A DNA stretch of 63,835 nt, the filler included, from Octopus bimaculoides (lineage: Eukaryota): NCBI RefSeq assembly GCF_001194135.2. It is 8 parts of 8 records of this genome, joined end to end, with 100 filler letters (N's around TTAATTAATTAA, not from the genome) between each part and the next. Parts side by side here need not be neighbours in the genome. Positions count along the whole stretch, not along the records: positions 10,722 to 30,416 come from NC_069001.1; positions 30,517 to 36,530 come from NC_068990.1; positions 36,631 to 45,951 come from NC_069003.1; 5 more parts are not named here. One strand, given 5' to 3'. Shown here one piece after another: positions 25,975 through 37,700 of this stretch (position 1 is its first letter; the number at the start of each line of letters is the position of its first letter). The position numbers and the translations under genes were made by a program. The notes beneath the pieces are model-generated. The model worked only from the letters and a program-made list of their open reading frames with translations, made no database searches and had not been told where the DNA came from.

Positions 25975-26808
25975 TTCTACAGTGAAGCAACGGCGAGTAC
26001 AGGTATCCAGAGTCAATGTTGGCTTCTGCAACTCTGTTAACTCTATTAAGTATGTTTGCAAATATATAAACAAAGGTTTGGATGCTGCAGCACACAATCT
26101 TATGCAGAATGTCAATCAGCAGATAAATAAAAATGATGAAGTTGCACAGTATGACAGAGGATGATGCATCAGTACCAATGATGCTTTTTGGTTCATCTTC
26201 AATTTTTCCATTCATGAGAGGCACCCAGCTATCATTCATTTGAGTGTCCATCTACAGAATGACCACAGGGTTATCTTTACATAATAAACAACCTTGCAAC
26301 AAGCTCTTTCTTCAAAAGAAACTACCCTTATTGCCTTTTTTAAGTTGTGGCAAATAGATGAAGATGCAAGAAAACTCCTTAACTCACAACTACCCAAGTA
26401 TTACACCTGGAGAAACAAAAAATGGCACAAGAGGAAATGTGGGGCTGATGCTCTTGCAAAAGTTTACAGTGCCCCCCCCCCCCCGCCAAGCCAAGAAGAA
26501 TGCTACTATTTACGCCTCCTTTTGCATGAAGTACTTGGTCCGAAACCATTCCAGGATTCGAGAAGGGTAAATGATCATGTGTGTGAAACTTAAGGTGTTT
26601 TAGAAAATGATGAACATTGGGACATTGCATTGACTGAAGCATCAGTATCAGATTCTCCAAGGAAACTCTGTAACCTTTTTGCAATTATACTGAACATGTG
26701 TCAACTTAGCAGTCCCCAACAACATTGGATAAAATATCGTGAGGACATAGCTGAGAACTTAAAATATGCAGTTCAACAGGTAAACAAAGATATCAATATT
26801 CAGTATAT
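25975..26808 (+). mobile_element. Helitron RepHel fragment (Rep C-terminus to pre-helicase linker), pseudogenised
   Basis: VNVGFCNSVNSIKYVCKYINKG; IHERHPAIIHLSVHLQN; TTLIAFF; ECYYLRLLLHEVLGP; LENDEHWD; LFAIIL. Interrupted by stops and frameshifts, and cut by a SINE at 26809. Confidence 0.93.
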
Positions 26809-27212
26809 GGAGTGGCTGTGTGGTAAGTAGCTTGCTTACCAACCACATGGTTCCGGGTTCAGTCCCACTGCGTGGCACTTTGGGCAAGTGTCTTCTACTA
26901 TAGCCTCGGGCCGACCAAAGCCTTGTGAGTGGATTTGGTAGACGGAAACTGGAAGAAGGCTGTCGTATATATGTATATATATATATATGCATGTATGTGT
27001 GTTTGTGTGTCTGTGTGTGTCCCTCCACCATCGCTTGACAACCGATGCTGGTGTGTTTACGTCCCTGTAACTTAGCGGTTCGGTAAAAAGAGACCGATAG
27101 AATAAGTACTAGGCTTCCACAGAATAAGTCCTGGGTTCGATTTGCTCAACTAAAGGCGGTGCTCCAGCATGGCCGCAGTCAAATGACTGAAACAAGTAAA
27201 AGAGTAAAAGAG
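26809..27212 (+). mobile_element. tRNA-derived SINE family B, full length
   Basis: Head tggctgtgtggtaag...ggttcagtccc, CORE-like actttgggcaagtg, internal (TA)/(TG) tract, tail ggtgctccagcatggccgcagtc...ctgaaacaagtaaaagag. Confidence 0.92.
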
Positions 27213-27264
27213 AATATGTATATATATACACTTACATATAAGAGACCAAAGTGTATGTACGCCG

Positions 27265-27440
27265 CTTCTCGAGTATAACCAGCTGAAATTGCAAAGATAA
27301 TCTGGAACTCGACTGAGGAAAGAAAACTCCGAATGACCCGTCCTTGCTTTCTTTGTATCGTCTATCTGGATGTTTTGTTGTCCCTTTTTTGTATAACCTA
27401 GCTGTCCGGATGTTTTGCGTTCTTGTCCCATTTTGTATTT
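27265..27440 (+). repeat. Possible PLE-terminus-type dispersed repeat
   Basis: ctgagga...ctccgaa motif followed by a T-rich tail ending in (TA)n. Single copy in the window. Confidence 0.3.
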
Positions 27441-27491
27441 TATATATATTGCATCAGCATGGCCGCAGCTCTGAGCTGAAACTTTGAAAAG

Positions 27492-27533
<42 letters not shown>

Positions 27534-27958
27534 ATTCTTAGAAGTTAAATCCTCATTAGGGATTATATAATCCAAGATATTCCACTGGTTCAATCCGTAT
27601 CATATAATGGTAAAGTCATTTGTATATGTTTAGGATTATTGAAATTTTATAATATTGAGGGTAAAGCAAAAAGAAAATGGAGAATAAATTGATGTAATTG
27701 CTGATTTATTTGCATGTTGTAGAAAGATGACGTGTTTTTTTAAAAAAAACATTACAAATAAATTGGAAGCTGAAAGCTCAAAAAAGTTAAGAGAAAAACG
27801 TAAGAAAAACCTACATATATGTTTCTGTCAACCCAAAAAGTAGATGGGAATCTCCAAAACATGTTGTATAATGTCAAGAAAACTACCACATTCATAGTAT
27901 TTTATGGTTGGACGGGGTTCAAAAAAGATCTAACTGGACTTAGGTGATCATTATATAA

Positions 27959-28015
<57 letters not shown>

Positions 28016-28849
28016 GATATACATAATTATATCTATCGATATAAGTATCTCAATTGATAGACCTGTATTCCTCTCTTATATCTTTCCTTCTATGTTTCTC
28101 TCTCTTTCTTTCTCTCCTTCTTCTTCATCTCCCTCTCCCCCTCTCTCAGTTTCTGTCTGAGAGAAGCTACAGGTTCGTCGCAGCTGCTAAAGAAGTGTTA
28201 AAAAGCTCTCAGAGTTATACAGGCGAAACCATCGACGTAATTAAGTGAAGCTGTAAAAATATCTGGTCATCAATCACCTGTGTGTGTGTGGAGGGCTGGA
28301 GGGATAGATAGTGGGTGAGATAGCTAGATAACAGCATCTGTTTAAGCCTCCAGGAAATGAACTAATATATAATAAAATAATAAGAGGAACTAATATAATA
28401 AAGGAGCTGTCCTACAACTGTATGTTGTTGAGCTTCGTTCGTTAAATTATTCAATATGAAATATCCTTCATTATCAGAAATGATTGAATAATAAATAACT
28501 TTTCACAATCATGTGTCTGCATGCATGCATGCGCATATTAGTGTGTGTGTGTGTGCTTGTGTGTGTGTGTGTGTGCGTCTGTGAGTGCGCACGCGCGCGT
28601 TTATACACTGTCTGATATGTATGTCATATTAGTGAAAATGGAAAATATTTCCTCGATATATATATATATGTGTGAGAAAATATTTTCGTTCAAAAGTTTA
28701 ACAAACATACTCAATGGAAAGTCAGAACATTCAAATTGCAGACCAGACTGTCATATGTGGTTATACATCGCTGGTCACAATGCTCTTCCTCGCATTGTTT
28801 TAGGTTTCGAATGATGCCTCCCCATTGGCAAGGCAGGTAGGCTCATATT

Positions 28850-29230
28850 TATCTATCTATACATACACCCCACATCCAACCCCCAACACCCCACACACAC
28901 CAACATCCCATACCCTACCCTGCATACCACACACTCCACATCCATACCCCACACCGCACCACTACACCACCCCGCACCACTCCACACTCACTAGCACTGA
29001 TCACTTCCCAGCACCCACACCATGCACCATCATCCACACGCCCACATATAATCTTCAATAGCGTCACCACACATACCGCTCTATGAGCAGCCACACGTTA
29101 CAGGCGCACACACTTACACACACACACACACTCACACACGTCAAAGTCACTATCCCCTATTCACACACACACACACACTCACTCACTTCCATATTCACAT
29201 ACACCATTCTCACATACACACACACACGCA
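28850..29230. repeat. CA/CCA-rich low-complexity region
   Basis: Read directly from the sequence. Confidence 0.85.
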
Positions 29231-29369
29231 CTGGCACCTTCCTTTGGGATCACCAGCACTTTATTATTCCCCTTTCTCCAACCTCTTCCTTCAAATTCTT
29301 TCTCTAATCAGTTGCCATGCTTGACCGCTAAATCTACGGGCTTTTTTCATTCTCTCTGTTTTTCTTTCT

Positions 29370-29515
29370 CTTATTCCTTTATGTTGAAAGAGCGTAGGCT
29401 CGAAATGGAAAAGACGTTTTCGCTTTCCCGAGCGTCAAACTAATACTTCTGCTTGTTGTCCATACACCTATCTTCGTCTTTTGTTTTACTATAAATTTCA
29501 ACTGTATATATATAT
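29370..29515 (+). mobile_element. PLE-terminus-like repeat with degenerate minimal hammerhead, related to 61790-61900
   Basis: GAGC-gtag-GCTC-GAAA hairpin. The downstream ttcccgagcgtc matches ttcctgagcgtcc at about 61848. Confidence 0.45.
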
Positions 29516-29525
29516 ATATAGCATA

Positions 29526-29920
29526 GGTGTGGCTGTGTTAAGAAGATTGCTTCCCAACCACAAGGTTCCGGATTCAGTCCCCCTGTGAGTCACCTTTGGC
29601 AAATGTCTTCTACTATAGCCTCGGGCCGATCAAAGCCTTGTGAGTGGATTTGGTAGATCGAAAATGAAAGAAGCTCGTCGTATATATGCATATATGTATG
29701 TGTGTCTGCCTGTCGGTCTGTCTGTTTCCCCATCACCACCGCCACTTGACAACGGTGCTGGTGTTTTATGTCTCGTAACTTAATGGTTCGGCAAAAAATA
29801 CCAATAAAATAAGTACCTAAGTACAAGGGTCAAAACTTTCGACTAAAAATTCCTCAAGGCTGTGCCCCAGCATGGCCGCATTCTTGTGACTGAAACAAGT
29901 AAAAGATAAAAGATAAGATA
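29526..29920 (+). mobile_element. SINE family B, full length
   Basis: Colinear with 26809-27212. Confidence 0.9.
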
Positions 29921-30027
29921 TATGTATGTACACACATATACATATACACTGCTTGTTATGGACATTCCATCTTACCTTTCTCTCACGTTGATCATCTTGT
30001 GTTTTACATCCTTGTATCGGATACATA

Positions 30028-30190
30028 ACCCTTTCTACTATAGGCACAAGGCCTGACATTTTGGGGGAGGGACCAGTCGATTACATCGACTCCAGAGCGT
30101 AACTGGTACTTAATATATCGACCCCGAAAGGATGAAAGGCAAAGTCGACCCCGGCGGCATTTGAACTCAGAACGTGATGACATACGAAAT
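30028..30190 (-). mobile_element. SINE family A
   Basis: Colinear with 45181-45402. Confidence 0.88.
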
Positions 30191-30230
30191 ACCTGTATTG
30201 GATATCTATATATATATAAATGAGAATGTG

Positions 30231-30261
<31 letters not shown>

Positions 30262-31374
30262 GTGAATCCCTAAAACTCGAGAACTACACAACCAATTTCA
30301 TTCAAATTTTACAGATGCCTTACTTAGGGTTCCAGTTGTGTTTTAGTCAAAAAACATTTTAACTTCTTGCAGAGTTAGAGCCCACAGCAACATAACACCT
30401 CCTCCACTATTTAAGTNNNNNNNNNNNNNNNNNNNNNNNNNNNNNNNNNNNNNNNNNNNNTTAATTAATTAANNNNNNNNNNNNNNNNNNNNNNNNNNNN
30501 NNNNNNNNNNNNNNNNTATATTATGTGGTAATGCTTGAACAATTAGAAAAGTACTTGATCAGCTAAGAGGATAAAGATAATTTTAAATGAAAACCACATA
30601 TCTTGCAAATAGCTAACCAGAGTTTCGTGCTCAAAATAATAATTTACTCTGCTATTTATCAAGCTGATTTTTAAGATTACAAATTATAGAAATATTTATT
30701 ATTTAACTATAATTTCTAGATTGCAACTAGGTGACTTACAATAAATTTCTTAAGTGATTAGATACTTTAATGACATTTCAATATATCATAAGTAAAAGTG
30801 TAAATTAGGAATAATGTTTTTTAGCTTCTAGTTTAAAGAAATAGTATCAAAATATCATACTTTGTTTTTGTTTCTCAACACATTACACATGCATGCACAC
30901 AAATGCATTGAACAAATTTGCATTTACATATACATAAATAACAAGTTTTAAAAAATACATTGGTTACTGAAACACACATGTCTGAGTCTATCAAGGGTCA
31001 AAGAACACATTGGCATGTAGCTCCTTTCTATCAAATTCTTCTCCTGATGAAATACCCAATTAACAATATTTGATATGGAAATTTAATTCAATTTAATTTC
31101 TCAAATTGAATTAATTTCACATGGAAACAATTGTAGGTGAAATTGAGTTTGATATTGTTCAGAATTGTATCATGTTCTAATGAATTGATGTCTACACATC
31201 AGTTTCTCTATTTTCTTTTTCTCATACATGAAATATAGTATACCCATATCCATCAATTCAAAGCTAACATCTTTGGTTTTTCACTGATACACTGGATAAA
31301 ACCTGGGAACTTGGATGCTGACATCCCTTTAAGAGGATTTATATCCTTGATCTAGTTATATTATATATATATTC

Positions 31375-31685
31375 ATCATCGTCATCATCATCATCATCGT
31401 TCAACGATCACTTCCCATGCTGCCATGGGTTGGATGGCTTGATTGGGAATTGGCAAGACAGGAGGCTGCACCAGGCTCCAAACTGATCTGGCAAGGTTTC
31501 TACAGCTGGATGCCCTTCCTAATGCCAACCACTCTGAGAGTGTAGTGGGTGCTTTTTACATGCCACCAGCATGGGGTCAGTCAGCTGGCACTGGCATTAA
31601 CCATGCTTGAATGGTGCTTTTTACATGCCACCAGCACAGAAGCCAGACAGGCGGCACTGGCATTGACCATGCTCAAATGGTGCTT
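31375..31685 (-). mobile_element. Retroposon family G 3' part with (GAT)n tail and internal approximately 60-bp tandem units
   Basis: The tail (cat)n abuts cgttcaacgatcacttcccatgct. The unit gcactggcattaaccatgcttgaatggtgctttttacatgccacc is repeated, and the same units occur at 63640-63775. Confidence 0.7.
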
Positions 31686-31896
31686 AAAAGCAGCAGAAAT
31701 ATAGCAAAAACTCAGTTTCACGTTCCCATTCATCAGACAGTTTTGTTAAAATAGAATAAAGCATATTACTCTACCTCTGGTATTTGAGTACTCTTTTCTC
31801 CACCTTGATTCACATTTATGTGCTTACTCCGGTATATATATACACACACACACACACACACAGGTGGGCTGAGGAAAACAACATGCAGTTTTATTG

Positions 31897-32760
31897 CAGG
31901 AAAATTTCAGGCCCTATGCTGCCAGCACACAAAGCTAAATGACATGCAGACAGGATACACTGGCCCAGGAGGAGGAATTGAAATCCCTGAATCAAAATCA
32001 GTTCGGGACCTGGGCATTGACATGAGCAATGATGCATTTTTCCAAGTGCATATTACCAATTTGGTAATAAAATGCAGATGATTGGCTGGATGGATCCTCT
32101 GAACTTTCAAAACAAGAGAAAAGGAGACATTTATGATATTTTGGAGGACATACGTCCTTAGCCGCTTACACTGCTGGTCCCAACTATGGTCACCACACAA
32201 TATAAAATCCATGGCAGAACTCATAGCACTCCAACGAAACTACACTAAGAAAATTGTATCCGTGCAACATATCAGCTACTGGGGAAGACTGAAAGAATTA
32301 AAACTCTTCTCCTTAGCATGAAGGCAGAAGAAATGTGCAGTGATATACATTTAGAAAATCCTAGAAAGCCTTGTACCAAACTTTGGCATTGGAAGTTACT
32401 CAAACTGCAGAGCGGGGTGCCATTGCATAGTGCCAAAGATCCTGGCATCGCCATTAAAATACAGGACCAGATACTGCAACAGCTTGGGCTTCAAGGGCCC
32501 ACAGTTCTTTAATATCCTTCCAAAATGCCTGTGAGACCTTCATGGTGTGGATGTAAGTATCCTTAAAACAAAACTGGATCTCTTCCTGTTTAGGGTTCCA
32601 GACGAGCCTACTGCACGGCAGGAAACACAGATGAGAGCAGCAGCATTAGACTCCCTCATTGACCAAATGCCACATATCAGAGGAGGTTTCAAATAATGGC
32701 ATAGCACAGTCAACGGTGGTGCTCCAGCATGAACACAGTTTTGAAGCTGAAACATTTTTA
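31897..32760 (+). mobile_element. CR1/L2-type LINE 3' fragment (ORF2 C-terminus plus short 3' UTR)
   Basis: KSVRDLGIDMSND; GWILRTFKTRE; CWSQLWSP; LQRNYTKKI...SYWGRLKELKLFSL; GPQFFNILP; KTKLDLFLFRVPDEP; stop at 32694-32696. Several premature stops. Confidence 0.9.
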
Positions 32761-32774
32761 CATAGTTTATATAT

Positions 32775-32946
32775 ATGTATTTCTTTTATTCTTTTATTTG
32801 CTTCAGTCATTTGCTGGAGCACCGCCTTTAGTTGAACAAATTCTTTTTTTTAAGCCTAGTACTTATTGTATCGGTCTCTTTGCCAAACCGCTAAGTTACA
32901 GGGACATAAAGGCACCAACATCGGTTGTCAAGTGATAGTGGGGGGA

Positions 32947-32983
<37 letters not shown>
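32775..32983 (-). mobile_element. SINE family B, 3' half (runs into a (CA)n tract and gap)
   Basis: Reverse complement of the family B tail. Confidence 0.8.
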
Positions 32984-32993
32984 NNNNNNNNNN

Positions 32994-33512
32994 CTGGCCC
33001 AGCACCTCCAGTGCAGGACCCTTCAAACTGGTGGCAAGCTGAATGGCTCTTTGCCCCTCATCCCAGTCGTTCTGGTCAGCCAGCATCTCAAACTGAATTC
33101 GGTAGGCCTCCCAAGACACTTTGCCATCGAATTCCTGTGGCTTCTTCCTAATGGGGACTACACAGCTACTTTGAACCCCAGGAGACCCGGGCCCAGATGT
33201 CGGAGCATTACGAGATGGCGCAGCAACAGTAACTACATCAGGTTTAGCAACCTTTGGCTCGGCAGCACAAAATTTCTCCATGTACTCCATTCTCTTGTCA
33301 AGCCTGTCCTTTTGTTGTTTGCACCATGCGACATCGCCACTCATTCCATTGAACTCTTCCTTAAACTACTGGTGATCTCCTTGCAACCGCTGTTGCTCAT
33401 TCATGAGTTCAGTAAAACTCTGTTACTGTTCCTCCAGCATTCGCAAAATTGTGGCCAGGGATATCTCTTCCTTCCTTGCCTGGCCCTTCGTACGTGCCCC
33501 TTCCGAGGCCAT
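32994..33512 (-). pseudogene. gag: Gypsy gag N-terminal half
   Basis: ATG at 33512, two premature stops (TAA, TAG), then RKKPQEFDGKVSWEAYRIQFEMLADQNDW...QLATSLKGPALEVL, typical of Gypsy capsid N-terminus. Ends at a gap. Confidence 0.88.
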
Positions 33513-33542
33513 AGCGGATAACTGACTCACTGCAGCAAATTA

Positions 33543-33560
33543 ATCCCACTTCTGACACCA
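33543..33560 (-). promoter_or_regulatory. Primer-binding site complementary to tRNA-Leu 3' end
   Basis: TGGTGTCAGAAGTGGGAT lies 2 nt from the LTR end. Its complement ATCCCACTTCTGACACCA matches the animal tRNA-Leu(CAA)-type 3' terminus from recall. Confidence 0.85.
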
Positions 33561-33562
33561 GT

Positions 33563-34534
33563 TGTTACGCCGCACGTGGACCTCCAAGAAAACTCACGTG
33601 CGACGACGACGCTCAGTGAATCAGGAGTCCACGAAGCCCGTAGAGTCAGCAACAATAACAACAAAAGAAATAACACACACAATATGTTGCATAGTCAAAC
33701 TAAATTTTTTTTAAAAACGAAAACAACATTCAATAACAATAGTTCCTTCAAAAAAACACATTTCACATTTAACAACAAAATTCTTTTCAAACATTTAACA
33801 TTACAAAGTTTCTTTTTTTTCCAATCATTTCACATCACAAAGTTCGTTTATCAAGAGTCACTTAACAATAAAGTTCTTTTGCTTCTTCCTTTTGCTTTTC
33901 TTTTCTTTTCCTTTCTTTTAACAACACAGTTAACAACTCAGCTCATTTTTTCTTTCTTTTCTTTTAACAACATTTAACGACACAGAGTTCTTTTTTCTTC
34001 TTTTCTTTTAAAAAACAAACATTTTACAATGCAAGTACACTTTCTTTAAAAATATAAACAAACATTTACCGCAACAAGTTCCTTTTTTTATCAAATCTCC
34101 TACTACTTCGACAAGAACTGACTAATGCAGTCTACTACTACATAAACTTGCCAGCCGCAACAGTTCCATCTGTCTGTCTCTCTCTCACTGACTGCTCTGT
34201 CCATCTGGCTTCTCCCTGACTGGCCGTTTCACCGGCTGCTTCTCCTCAACTCCCCTCTCGTCCATCTAGCTATCCCGTATATATCAGGTAATCAACCAAA
34301 AAAAAGAGACATACCGTACGTAACAGTGCTGAGTTACTTTTTCATAGTTCCTATCTCCTTTAAACTCTTGGTGACCGGAGAGGGTCAGAGATCAAGTTCC
34401 TACGGCCATAAATAACCGTGCTCGTTGACAGGACAAAGGAAATACCAGTGTCCTAACAACTAGAACACCATTTCGAACCCAGCTCGCGGAAGAGGACATA
34501 ACATTTTCTTTGGTTTTTTTCGGCGGTCGTATCA
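33563..34534 (-). mobile_element. Gypsy LTR (about 970 bp)
   Basis: TG...CA ends (TGTTACG / CGTATCA), PBS on one side and the polypurine tract AGGGAAGGGGTAG (34535-34547, minus strand) on the other. Confidence 0.78.
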
Positions 34535-34695
34535 CTACCCCTTCCCTAGACCTTTGTCGGCCTGACAAAAGCAAACAGCATTTCTAACTCCTTCCTCTCA
34601 AAATGCACACCCCTATGACGTCAATTTCCCGGAGCAGCAAAAGTTGGCTCTCTGATCAACTTGTCGCAGTTTGCGGTTCTCTCTCTCCGACTTTC

Positions 34696-36530
34696 TTAAG
34701 AAGTGGACCCAACCCCTGAAGGTGTGCTCCAGCTGAACTGGCCAGACCCATGGTACTTCCACAGACGGTTCGCATGCACAATTTTTAGAGAAGTCCTCCT
34801 GCCTCCTCGAATCCGGTACGTCATATCGGACAGGCGATTCATCACCGTATAAAGTCCTTCCCATGGACTCTGTAGCTTCGATGACTGCCCTCTTTTCCGC
34901 CGGGGGTTATGGAACCACACTTCATCACCCTCCTTAAAGTGGATCTCACTAGTCCTGGTGTCGTGTCGATGCTTCATCACTTCCTCCATTTCCCATTGCT
35001 GAACTGGGGCCATCCTCCGAGCTGGCTGCTTGATCGGGCGATAGCCGTCCGTGTCGATATGGTGCTCCACCAGGTCCGTGCAACCAAGGTCTAGATCTCC
35101 TGCAAAGAACACATCAGCATACCTCGCTAATAGCTTCCTCAACCACAACACCTGAGCACCATCTAAGCACTGGCGACTCCGTGCGAACAGATCCTGTAAA
35201 TGCACAGGCAGATCACCACCTCCTTCAACTACTCTCCTGCAGTTAGGCAACTGACCTTGCTGCTGGTCCACTGCCTGGCACAGTCCCACAATTTGTCCTT
35301 TACAAATCTTCTGTGCCACTGTCGAAAAATTGGCTGCCACAATCAGCACTTCATCAGCTCCTGCTTCCACCAGTGTTCATCCGACCGTCACTTCAGCTTT
35401 CATCTTGCCTCGTCTGTCGGGCTCCACCANNNNNNNNNNNNNNNNNNNNNNNNNNNNNNNNNNNNNNNNNNNNNNNNNNNNNNNNNNNNNNNNNNNNNNN
35501 NNNNNNNNNNNNNNNNNNNNNNNNNNNNNNNNCGCTCACATGACACTGGAGCAGCTTTTCCGACCTCGGTGGTATCACTGTTGTCTGTAGTGCTCTTACC
35601 TCGCTACTGGGCGTGGTCCGTTTTAACCACCTTAACAAGGACTGGTCTTCCCTGTACCGAAAGCTTCATAGAACGCAAGTCCAGCTGGCAAGCCATCGAT
35701 CCCAAATAGTCCAATCCCAAAATGCACAGATCCTCCATCTCCACCACATAGACCGGAAGCACAACTTCTAGTCTGGCAATATCAATCTGGACATTAACCG
35801 ATCCTCTCAGCTCAGTACAATGTCCGGTAACACCACACAATTGCTGCGATGACTCTTGCAGGTCTAGATGCTGCAATACATCGGGCCTCACAAAAGTCTG
35901 TCCTGAGGCTGTATCGATCACCAGAGAACACGTCTGGCTGTTAACTCTCCCACCCACTCGTATGCTGTCAATCACGGACCCTGCATGCCATCTCGAGTGT
36001 GGGACATTTCTTTGAAATGTCTGGCTGGTGGTTGCCCCTTAACACCAGCTCCTCTTAGTTTTCCGACTCTCTTTCTTGATTTTTCACTACCCTTTCCTTA
36101 GTTCTTGTTGGGCAGTCATAGCTCATGTGTCCCTTTTTCCCACATGTCCAGCACTCGCCCTTAAAAGCAGACCCTGCCCTATCGTTCTGTTTTTTTCTCT
36201 TTCTTCAAGCTGTAGCAATCCTGCCGCTTGTGTCCAGGTCTCCCACAGTGCCAGCAACACACACCAGTCATCTCTTCATTCTGCTCACAAAGTCCATGAC
36301 TATTCCCACATCCTTCAGCTTCATGGACTGTTCCTCTCTTTGCCTGGAATCCAGAGCTGCAACTCACTCGGAAATTTCCGGTGCTAGAGTTGACATACGA
36401 CTCAAATTCCAGAGCCCTAGCCAGCGCTTCCTGGATCCTACCTGGCCGTGTCTGCTTCACCTGGACCTTGAGATTTGCACTGTCCAGAGCATCTATGAAT
36501 TGTTCCTTCAAAAGAAGAGACAAGAGGTCG
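34696..36530 (-). pseudogene. pol: Gypsy gag C-terminus, protease, start of RT fused to post-integrase GPY/F region
   Basis: Zinc knuckle CWHCGRPGHKRQDC; protease LVIDTASGQTFV...ILGLDYL; RT start LGCTDLVEHHIDT...PIKQPARR; GPY/F-like GDEVWFHNP...KLQSPWEGLYTV...VHANRL. Confidence 0.92.
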
Positions 36531-36675
36531 NNNNNNNNNNNNNNNNNNNNNNNNNNNNNNNNNNNNNNNNNNNNTTAATTAATTAANNNNNNNNNNNNNN
36601 NNNNNNNNNNNNNNNNNNNNNNNNNNNNNNTTTTTTCATGCTGACTACTTGATAAATTCTTATAAAGATTTTATC

Positions 36676-36717
<42 letters not shown>

Positions 36718-36718
<1 letters not shown>

Positions 36719-36868
36719 GACAGGGTATTTTCAGTTTCCGTCAACCAAATCTACTCAGAAGACTTTGGTCGGCCAGAGGCTATAGTTGAAGACACTTACC
36801 CAAGGTGCTACGCAGTGGTACTGGACCCGAATCCTGTGAAAAAGCAAGCTTCTTACCACAGTCACGTT
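36718..36868 (-). mobile_element. SINE family B, 5' half
   Basis: Reverse complement of the head and CORE-like segment, ending in a (TA)n tract. Confidence 0.8.
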
Positions 36869-37180
36869 TAAGTGAATTGACCGAAAGTAACGACAGTGAC
36901 ATCCCATAATTTCAAAGAGACCATGCTGAAATCCTAAAATTTAATTAACAGAATCCCTTATTACACTGCGTCCACAGACGACTACTTGTGTAGTGCCTTC
37001 TAGTGGTATCTTACTTCAGAAATAGCAGCTGAGGTAGACCGTTGCAACCTCCTATTCCAAGCATAAATATTATAGTTTTCACCTTATGTAAAATAAATGT
37101 AAGGTTTTTCTATTATATAAAATATATGTACATTCTAAACATTGGTTAAGTCACATAAATTATAGCATGCTGCTGTTGTC

Positions 37181-37700
37181 ACTTCCGGTCAATTTCATTT
37201 TTTTAAGCCCTTAACTACATGTTAAATCCCTGATCCTTACGCCTTTCACAATTTATCACTTTCTGTTCTTGAAAAGCAGACTTAACCCAGTACATCGCCA
37301 CTTTCTGGCCCTTATCGGAGTAAATTCTAGTTCAAACATTCAGGATTTAGGGATTACTTCCTATATTTCTCCCTTGTCTAAGGCAGACAGTAGCGTAAAC
37401 TTGACGTCGGTGTGATTTAAATCGGTTAGCAGGAGCGGTCACAGAAAAATGGCGGCGTCGCACATACCAAACAATTGTTAACTAATTTCTCTTATATTAC
37501 GCGGAATATTTCATTAGTTATAATATATGTAATTATATTTTACATTCATTAGTTTCATGTTTCAGTAACAATGCCATTATGTATGAACCTTACAGCAAGT
37601 GATATAAGTGTGACGTGATGGAACTCCATGGGATCGTCCAGTATCAAGAGGTTATGACGTCAGGGTTTGATTTGGTTTTTCAGATGTCAGCGGCCACCAA
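37181..37700 (+). promoter_or_regulatory. Candidate CpG-rich promoter / 5' gene region
   Basis: ETS-like ACTTCCGG 37181, CRE-like TGACGTC 37402 and TGACGTCA 37655, YY1-like AAAATGGCGG 37446. Motif clustering only. Confidence 0.25.

Noticed and set aside
30975-31352. Two candidate minus-strand exons
   Set aside because: On careful translation the larger one has stops in every frame from each strong acceptor. The 66-nt one alone is unsupported.
31545-31685. Approximately 60-bp repeated units (also 63640-63775) as a CRISPR-like array
   Set aside because: These are tandem units inside a retroposon, with no unique spacers, no cas genes and a eukaryotic context.
34319-34325. CGTAACA as the LTR end (perfect 7-bp inverted match to TGTTACG)
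   Set aside because: No polypurine tract adjoins it, whereas the end at 34534 has one. It remains a possible older internal boundary.
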